Shown: in pieces, positions 55,760-64,000 of the stretch
Layout of the letters: every line of letters starts with the position of its first letter
How positions within the stretch are numbered: position 1 is the first letter of the stretch
Source of the DNA: Octopus vulgaris
Lineage: Eukaryota
Assembly (NCBI GenBank): GCA_951406725.2
Contig: OX597822.1
Coordinates: 66,030,001 to 66,094,000 of the forward strand
Direction of reading: 5' to 3'
DNA length: 64,000 bases
Translations under genes and position numbers: made by a program
Notes under the pieces: generated by a model
What the model saw: only the letters and a program-made list of their open reading frames with translations
Told to the model about the DNA's origin: nothing
Databases searched by the model: none

Positions 55760-56746
55760 CTTTATTTTAAGCAGCAGAAAATTCAACAAAATCTGTTATT
55801 TGTTGCCGTTCATCAGACAGTTTTTGCTAGAATGGAACATATATATAATTCAATCTATACTTTACAAACGCTACACCTTTAAAGAAATGGACTTGTTTGA
55901 TTCTTTAGAAAAAACGGTCAATTTCGAGCGATAAACAAAAGGTCAAAAATATATGATATATATATAAAAACTTATAAAAATTATAAAATCCGAGGAAAAT
56001 CGAAAAAATGTTGCCGTTAATGAAGACAGTACAAATTAATGCATAGAAATTAAACCTGTTATAAATACTGCAATACATATTTATATTAAAATCCACTATA
56101 TATATCAACATACACAAGGATGCGCGTAAACGCCATACATACATATACAGACGTATGAATATGAATCTAAATTATACACATAAAAGCATGTGTACATATA
56201 TTCACGCAAATGTTCTGCACGCAAGCTAAAATTCATAGATGAATTTTAGCTTGCGTGCGAGACGGTTTGCGTGAATATATGTACACATGCTTTTATGTGT
56301 ATAATTTAGATTCATATTCATACGTCTGTATATGTATGTATGGCGTTTACGCGCATCCTTTTGTGTATGTTGATATATATATGTGGATTTTAATATAAAT
56401 ATGTATTGCAGTATTTATAACAGGTTTAATTTCTATGCATTAATTTGTACTGTCTTCATTAACGGCAACAGGTTTTTTCCTCGGTATTTTCCTCGGATTT
56501 TATAATTTTTATAAGTTTTTATATATATATACATATATTTTGACCTTTTTGTTTATCGCTCGAAGACTGACCGTTTTTTCTAAAGGGCCAATCAAACAAG
56601 TCCATTTCTTTTTAAAGGTGTAGCGTTTGTAAGAGTATAGATTGAATTAATATATATGTTCCATTCTAGCAAAAACTGTCTGATGAACGGCAACGAGAAA
56701 CTCAGAGTAACAGATTTTGTTGAATTTTCTGCTGCTTAAAATAAAG
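55760..56746. repeat. Near-perfect palindrome of about 990 bp (arms ~480/510 bp, 2-nt centre at 56237-56238)
   Basis: ...GCAAGCTAAAATTCAT-AG-ATGAATTTTAGCTTGC...; arms traceable out to CTTTATTTTAAGCAGCAG / CTGCTGCTTAAAATAAAG. Confidence 0.95.
56676..56713 (+). ncRNA. Minimal type-I hammerhead ribozyme motif (family H3)
   Basis: CUGU-CUGAUGA-A-CG[GCAA]CG-A-GAAA-CUC-A-GAG-UA-ACAG. Helix I CUGU/ACAG, GNRA-capped helix II, quasi-palindromic ACUCAGAGU helix III, GUA triplet. Confidence 0.72.
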
Positions 56747-56815
56747 CATATTACTCTACCACTGGTATTTGAGTACTCTTTTTTCCACCTTGTTTCACAT
56801 TTATGTGTTTACTCC

Positions 56816-56859
<44 letters not shown>

Positions 56860-56873
56860 TATACATATACATA

Positions 56874-56959
<86 letters not shown>

Positions 56960-57096
56960 GATTAATCAGCCGAAATTTGCTATGATGATCCGGTTTCTGA
57001 CTGAAGATTAAAGGCTTCCAATGACCCGTCCGTTTTTTTTTGTGTTCCTCCCTTTGTGTATTTCACGTTCTTGTTTCTTTATATATAATTTTTATA

Positions 57097-57173
<77 letters not shown>

Positions 57174-57385
57174 TGAGAGGAAAAGGAATAGAAACAGAGC
57201 TAGATTGCTAGATAAATAAACATATAAATGGACCGATAAATAAATAAATATATAGATAGATAGCAGATAGATAGATATATGTTAAGATAAATGCATTTAA
57301 ATAGATATATACTTTAAAAACCACGGTTTCTTCATATTTGACTACGATCTATGCGTTCTAAATTCTATCTTTGTACTTTTGTGAA

Positions 57386-57445
<60 letters not shown>

Positions 57446-57636
57446 AGTCTATCTACCTATCTACCTATCTATCTATTTACCTATCTATCTATCTATCTGC
57501 CATCTATCTATCTGCTATCTATATATTTGTTTATCTATCTATCCCTTTCTCTAATTCTCTCTCTCACCCTCTCTTTCTTTATATATATAAACATATGTGT
57601 ATGTGTGTGTGGAGGGAGAGAAAGAAAGAGAGATAA

Positions 57637-57714
<78 letters not shown>

Positions 57715-58386
57715 CGATAGACAAATATATATAAGCTTACATATACGTATCTTTCCATATATGAATTCATAATATAAGTATATTTGCATGTTCGTATGTG
57801 TGCAAGATTTGATTAAACAAGTTTCGTATAGACTATTTCTCTTGAATGTTATCGGCATGCAAATTTTTAGCCTGAATCTGTAATCAAATATATTCACAAG
57901 GATCTCTAAAGAGAATCGCAAATCTTCGTAAATCTATTTTCCAGAGTGTACGGCTTATTTATTTGCTTTGATCTTTGGTGCTTTATTATTTCTGTTTGTT
58001 ATCCTGTATTATTTCCTTTCAAATTCAATCTTGTTTCTCTTTGGCTTGGCTTGGCTTGGCTTGGCTTGGCATGGTTTGGCTGGGGGATTTTACAATAACG
58101 GGGAAGTTTTCCAAAAAAAACAGCAAACTTTATTCTATCACTGTAAAATGTTTTGAAAAACAAACTAATCTTTGTGAACAAACAACATGAGATATCGGTT
58201 TATCAACGATTTGCATATCTTTGAATGTTTAAATGATTCTTGGAGATATGAATATACGGCGCTTGTTTATCAGTGCATTTATACATATACAAGAATACGT
58301 GTCAGTACAGAAATGCCAATTCTAACGCACATGATCGCGTAAAATATAAATACACAAAACCATACGTACATATATACATTTATATT

Positions 58387-58425
<39 letters not shown>

Positions 58426-59171
58426 ATGCTTCAAGCTATATATGTATGCATATTCTTATTGTATTTATTCGAACTTTTAATCAGATGTAAATGCGTACAA
58501 AAATAGATACAAAGTTAACACTTATAACAGAAACATATGCAAATTTTATTTTTGAAATATGTATAGATCTTTCTCTGATTATATGTGTGTGTGCGTGCGT
58601 GTGTGTATATGAGCATGTGTGTGTGTGTGTGTGGGTGTGTGTGTGCGCGTGTGGGTGAGTGTGTGTGTGTGCGTGCGTGTGTGTGTGTGCGTGTGTGTGT
58701 GTGCGTGAGTGTGTGTGCAAATGATTATCATGAATAATAATATACGCAAACATATATTACAGATATGCACTCTCGCACTCTCACATAACATACCTATATA
58801 AATCGTAGGACCAAAAAATAGGAAATATGGCGATGGAAAACACAATATTTGAAATAGATTAATATATTCCCCAATTTCAACACAAGATTTGAACTTTTCA
58901 CAGTGCAATGTGAATTTTTATTATTCAAAGAATATTTTTATTTCTGTTTCTGTTGCTTACGTTTTATTTGATTTATTTGAGGTTTATCTTCTTCACAGCA
59001 CTTGGATAATTTACCTTTCCGTCCGATTTAAGAGTCATATATTTGCCTATTATTGCAGCTGTACTAATGATAACCAGTTCTATAATGTAGGGCTTCATTT
59101 AATATTAGTCTAACTGTTACTTTACCTGTTTATAATTTATATTTTTATAATGCCTGATCACAACATAATAC

Positions 59172-59454
59172 TGTTCTATATTTAAAGGATTATGTGCATT
59201 ATGAGAGATTATGTACATTATTTACATTATTTACATTTGGCGATATTTGTCCTCATGTTGTTTGTCGTTAGCACAACGTTTCGACTGATATACCGTCCAG
59301 GCTTCATCAGGTGTCTTGGAAAAATTTCGAACCTGGAGTTTTCATTCCTAAGGTATTTTTCGATATGACTTTATAATTATTATTATTATTATTCAGGTCA
59401 CTGCCTGAAATCGAACTCGGAATCTTGGGGCTAGTAGCCCGCACTCTTAACCAT
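59172..59454 (-). mobile_element. Family H1 element with tRNA-like head, (AAT)n spacer and hammerhead
   Basis: Minus strand TGGTTAAGAGTGCGGG-CTACTAG-CCCCAAGATTCCGAGTTCGATTTCAGGCAGTGACCTG(AAT)n...GACACCTGATGAAG...GAAACGTTGTG...AAATATAGAAC. Confidence 0.8.
59270..59315 (-). ncRNA. Minimal hammerhead motif (H1), core intact, one helix II mismatch
   Basis: GACAC-CUGAUGA-A-GCCUG[GACGGUAUAU]CAGUC-GAAAC-GUU-GUGCU. Confidence 0.7.
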
Positions 59455-59463
59455 GAGCATATG

Positions 59464-59635
59464 GTGACCTGAATAACAACAACAACAACAACAACATCGA
59501 AAAATACTTTAGGAATGAGAACCCAGGTCCGAAATTTCCCTAGGACACCTAATGAAGGCTGGATGGTATATCAGCCGGAACGTTGTGTTAACAAGAAGCA
59601 AGATGAGGACAAATGCCCGTCAAATGTGAATAAAG
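59464..59635 (+). mobile_element. Second, inverted H1 copy (headless) with mutated hammerhead core
   Basis: GTGACCTGAAT(AAC)n...GACAC-CTAATGA-AGGCTG...CAGCC-GGAAC-GTT-GTGTT; core changes CUGA>CUAA and GAAA>GGAA. Confidence 0.8.
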
Positions 59636-60441
59636 TACTGATCACATGTTGTAGCCATTTTTACTAATTGGATATTTGTATGTATTATTAGTATTCAATT
59701 AGGTAGCTAACAAAGATAATTAGAAATATCATTACTGTCTTTTGGTTTGTATATTTGCGGGTATTCCCCACCTTCTACTTCATAGTTTCCAAAAATATAT
59801 TAGTGAGCACAAAAAGCCTACCATACACACATACAAATACATATGCGCGCACACACTGAATTTTTTCATAGACTAGTGTCTTGGTTTTCAAATAGATCTA
59901 ACGGTATAAACTGAGTCCAAAAGACGGCTTGGAGAGGTATGGAATGTAATCTAAATCTTCCACATTTCTGTATTGCTAGTGCAAGCGAGTAGTAGTTACT
60001 CTTCTTTTAAATTCTGTGTAGTGTATATCAAGTTGTAGTCATCTCTAACTGGATGGAATGCATAATCTCTCTATAACAGAAAGGAACGCTATATATATAT
60101 ATATAGTAGTAATAGAAAAGGAGGAAATTTTGATTATCCCCACTTGGTGTGTTGTAATATATATCAGAAATTAAAAAGGAAAATACGCACACTTTACATA
60201 GTTTTAATATAATTTTTGATAGATCAACCGGTTTCGCTTTCGTTATTCATGATATTAAGGTTTATTTATTTGAATAAGTACTTTTTAAGAAGAAAGTTAT
60301 GCCCATGTTGTATGTGATGATATTTACGAGTGAATGACATCACAAATAGAAAAACAAGGGGAGGTAATTGGTTGTCGTTTTTATTGTTATTGTTGTGGGC
60401 AAGGAAGATAACTGTTTGACTTTCGGTAAGGGGAGGAGTAT

Positions 60442-60504
<63 letters not shown>

Positions 60505-61074
60505 GTTGTTGAAAAATATAGTAGTAAGCGCCACGAGCCTGCCACTGGCCATAAAGAGGTTGTATGATATGAAATTGCTTTGCTCAATCTCACTGCTATT
60601 AATCGGTGGTAAGAGAAAACAATAGCTTCAGGTAGATGGCTAGAAACATGTACCTACGTTCTGTATAAATTCCACAATGGACAAATTCCATTTTTTTCAC
60701 TTCTTCACTGTCTGGTGGTTCCCTATACCTTCATTCGATCAAACGGCCTGTTGGAGTGCCCATTTCTATAGTACTATTTTAGATTCTAATACTCCTAGAT
60801 ACTTATAACTCTCTCCTCCTAGTTTTGCGTGCCTGTTAATAATGAAAAAACATCAAACAGTGCTTCAACTCTGTGTGTGTGTGTGTGTGTGTGGATATGT
60901 AGAGAACGCGGTTTTCTATACTTAGTCACAGTTCGTTTCCTCCCCTTTTAAGTATGTCTGTTTATATATATATTTGTATGTGTTAGTGCATGTGTCTGTA
61001 ATTCTAGTTGCTATGTATCTTTCTAAATAAACACATACAAACACGGAATAGAACGCTATATATATATATATATA

Positions 61075-61880
61075 TGAAATTATCGCTTGCAATTTGGCAA
61101 AACGGATTTGCCACAATAGTGTCTGACAGAACAACACGGGACCTTCGCCTTCAAGACCTCAAAACAACGCTTACAGAAAGACAATATCCGCCCTCACTTA
61201 TAGACGAGAGAATTAAACGTTCCAAAAAATTAGACATGCAAATACTAAGAACAACAAAACATAACACCACACCTCATCTCAAAACACTACTTTTTATATC
61301 AATACACTCTTGAACCAGTGATGCATTCAACACTATTGTGTACAAATCTTCCTTTACTAACTAGAGATACAGAAATGAACGACATCATGGAAACGCACAA
61401 ACTCATCGAATGCAAAAAGCAACACAAATCGCTAAAGAGACCGCTAATAAATACGAAATTTTACAAAACAACCACGAAGCCAACGGCTAAAAGATGTAGA
61501 TGCCCAAACTGTGGAACCTGCCCCTACTTACTTGAAGTTTCTCATTTCCTTTTCAAACAAGGACAGAGGTTCACAATTAAAAATAGTTTCACTTGTGATT
61601 CTGAGAAGCTAATTTATGTAATAACCTGCTCGGGCTGAGGACACAACTATATTCGATAGACGAGTATGACCTTGAGACCGAGAACCACTCTACATAAAGA
61701 GCAAATCCGTTTCCCGTAATACAGAAATTTCTCTGTGAACATATAGAAAAATGTGCATATAACATCAAACCAAATTCCACAGTCTTCCCCTTCTACCAGT
61801 GCAAAGACATAGTTTCTCCATAAGAACGTTTAAATAAAGAATTTTTTTCATTGAAAAATACAGAACACGTCTTAATAGGC
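61075..61880 (+). mobile_element. Penelope-like element fragment: RT thumb end, Cys-rich linker and GIY-YIG endonuclease; decayed
   Basis: IVSDRTTRDLRLQDLKTTLTERQYPPSLID; KRCRCPNCGTCPY; FTCDSEKLIYVITCSG*GHNYIR*T...LR.R...H; ERLNKE...LN. The Cys linker suggests the Neptune group. Confidence 0.85.
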
Positions 61881-61981
61881 ACGCAAAACCAACTTTTTCT
61901 TTTTACGTATTTCAATTCACGATTACGTCACTGTACATAAATCCCCTCACTAAACAAGTCTTCGAAACTTTTTTTTGTGTG

Positions 61982-62064
<83 letters not shown>

Positions 62065-62247
62065 CTCCCCTTACCGAAAGTCAAACAGTTATCTCCCTTG
62101 CCCACAACAATAACAATAAAAACGGCAAACAATTACCTCCCCTTGTTTTTCTATTTGTGATGTCATTCACTCGTAAATATCATCACATACAACATGGACA
62201 AAACTTTCTTCTTAAGAAAGTACTTATTCAAATAAATAAACCTTAAT

Positions 62248-62278
62248 ATCATGAATAACGAAAGCGAAACCGGTTGAT
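62248..62278 (+). ncRNA. Degenerate hammerhead motif in the putative pLTR (mirror copy at 60223-60253, minus strand)
   Basis: AUC-AUGAAUA-ACGAAAGC-GAAA-CCGG-UU-GAU. Helix I AUC/GAU and palindromic AACCGGUU are retained; CUGANGA has two substitutions. Confidence 0.45.
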
Positions 62279-62974
62279 CTATCAAAAATTATATTAAAAC
62301 TATGTAAAGTGTGCGTATTTTCCTTTTTAATTTCTGATATATATTACAACACACCAAGTGGGGATAATCAAAATTCCTCCTTTTCTATTACTACTACTAT
62401 ATATATATATATAGCGTTCCTTTCTGTTATAGAGAGATGATGCATTCCATCCAGTTAGAGATGACTACAACTTGATATACACTACACAGAATTTAAAAGA
62501 AGAGTAACTACTACTCGCTTGCACTAGCAATACAGAAATGTGGAAGATTTAGATTACATTCCATACCTCTCCAAGCCGTCTTTTGGACTCAGTTTATACC
62601 GTTAGATCTATTTGAAAACCAAGACACTAGTCTATGAAAAAATTCAGTGTGTGCGCGCATATGTATTTGTATGTGTGTATGTATGTGTATGTGAGTCTGT
62701 GTGTGTGAATATGCGTGATTGAATGTGTGTATGTATATGTTAATGTGTGTAAGCATGTAACATTGGAATAACATTTCACAGAGTACAGAAACATGTCTCG
62801 TCAGATTTTGCAAGTTACGGAATGAAATGACACGGAGATAATTCGGATAAAAATACTGCTTCATTTTGATTACTTTTAATCTTTGGAGCACTTGTTTTAG
62901 ATGGTAACTGACAGATAAAAACTATATTGTTAGATCATTTTATTTTGATAACAAAGTTGGGGTGCGACGCCTAG

Positions 62975-62984
62975 GTCACGTGAC
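62975..62984. promoter_or_regulatory. GTCACGTGAC palindrome (CLEAR/USF-type E-box), overlapping TGACGT
   Basis: Exact 10-mer in a locally CpG-richer, non-repetitive stretch. No linked gene visible. Confidence 0.25.
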
Positions 62985-63769
62985 GTGTTACATGTCTTTG
63001 AGACTGGGAACGACGGAGGATGGGCGAAACATACCATCATTCGTTGCCCTTGTACTCAAAATTCGATATAGTCCAGTTATACAGAGTAATAGATGATGTC
63101 CCGAATATAACAGTTTCCTCTGACATATTCTCACGCAGTTACTGTTTGCAGAGTTTCACATATTTGGATATGGTGGATTCGAGTTTATTGCAGTAGATGC
63201 CCGTACAAATTGATGTGTACGTAGATAAGAACGACGTGATTGCGAAGTAAAGTCCTCAACCAAACAGAATGACTTTAAGGTCGTTTACATTATGTAGGTA
63301 TAACTTTTGCAGTATTATTAGTGATGCATGGAGTATTTCTTGTTAAAACAGTGATTTCTATGGTTGAATTATAATCTATCATGCATACATGTCACTTCTG
63401 AATTGCAATACAACTTTGCTTTATTAACTGAACGAGTTTGCGCTTTTACCAAGCTATATGTATAACAAAGCAATTAGGATATGTTTAATACATAGTACGA
63501 GTTACGTTCTGCATTTCAGTACGATAAACTCGCAAAACATGTCAGTTCAATTCTTATTCCATACTGCTGTAAAGTCCTCGAATTGTTTAGCGTTATAATG
63601 TTTCATCTTATCATGTTTAATTTTATATTGTTAATATTATAGTGAAATTTAAAAGGTGATGACGTGATTCCGTGTGCATCATTACATTTAAAGCATGTTA
63701 TACTGACATTCTAGTAATACGCTATCATTAATTCCAGTAATAGTTTTGAAAGAAAGATTGTTTCTGATA

Positions 63770-63880
63770 TTGGCACAAAGCCAAATAACTCGGGTGGCAC
63801 TCAGTTGATGCCATCGACTCCAAACCTTGACTGGTATATCATATTATCGACCCCACACAATGAAACTCAAACTCGAGATA
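63770..63880 (-). mobile_element. Very degenerate SINE family B remnant
   Basis: GGCACAAAGCC...CATCGACTCC...ACTGGTA...TTATCGACCCC. Confidence 0.5.
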
Positions 63881-64000
63881 AAATTGCCTTTTGTATAGTA
63901 TTTTCTTATGAGAGAAATGGTTTGTTTCCTGTAGTTTCACTGACAACAAGAGTAATGAATTTGTCACAGTTAATATTAAACATCAAATGCAGCTTGATAT

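Larger units (their letters stand above)
59822..62681. repeat. Long inverted repeat: ~620-bp arms (59822-~60440 and ~62060-62681) plus (TA)n, enclosing a Penelope-like fragment
   Basis: Arms align base by base (e.g. GACTAGTGTCTTGGTTTTCAAATAGATC / GATCTATTTGAAAACCAAGACACTAGTC). About ten differences by eye. Confidence 0.95.

Noticed and set aside
56955-57035. CTGAAGA motif at ~57001
   Set aside because: No compatible GAAA and helix I partner could be built.

Overview
AT-rich, microsatellite-saturated eukaryotic DNA with no recognisable host exon. The repeat families look like those of an Octopus/coleoid cephalopod genome (inference from recognition, not a search). Almost every ORF in the supplied track is a microsatellite artefact. 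The real content is mobile DNA: (i) R4/Dong-clade LINE pieces anchored in (TAA)n, including an uninterrupted 180-codon 5' end running off the left edge; (ii) CR1-like and RTE-like LINE fragments; (iii) mariner elements and MITEs; (iv) at least four tRNA-headed SINE families, one forming tandem multimers; (v) a Penelope-like GIY-YIG fragment. The most notable signal is a set of minimal type-I hammerhead ribozyme motifs from at least four unrelated repeat families (15992, 29141, 56676, 59270/59544, 60223/62248). Three of these families lie between 55.7 and 62.7 kb in fold-back (inverted) structures with the ribozymes pointing outward. One is a tRNA-headed, hammerhead-carrying non-coding element. 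The 1-kb palindrome may be partly a sequencing or assembly artefact.
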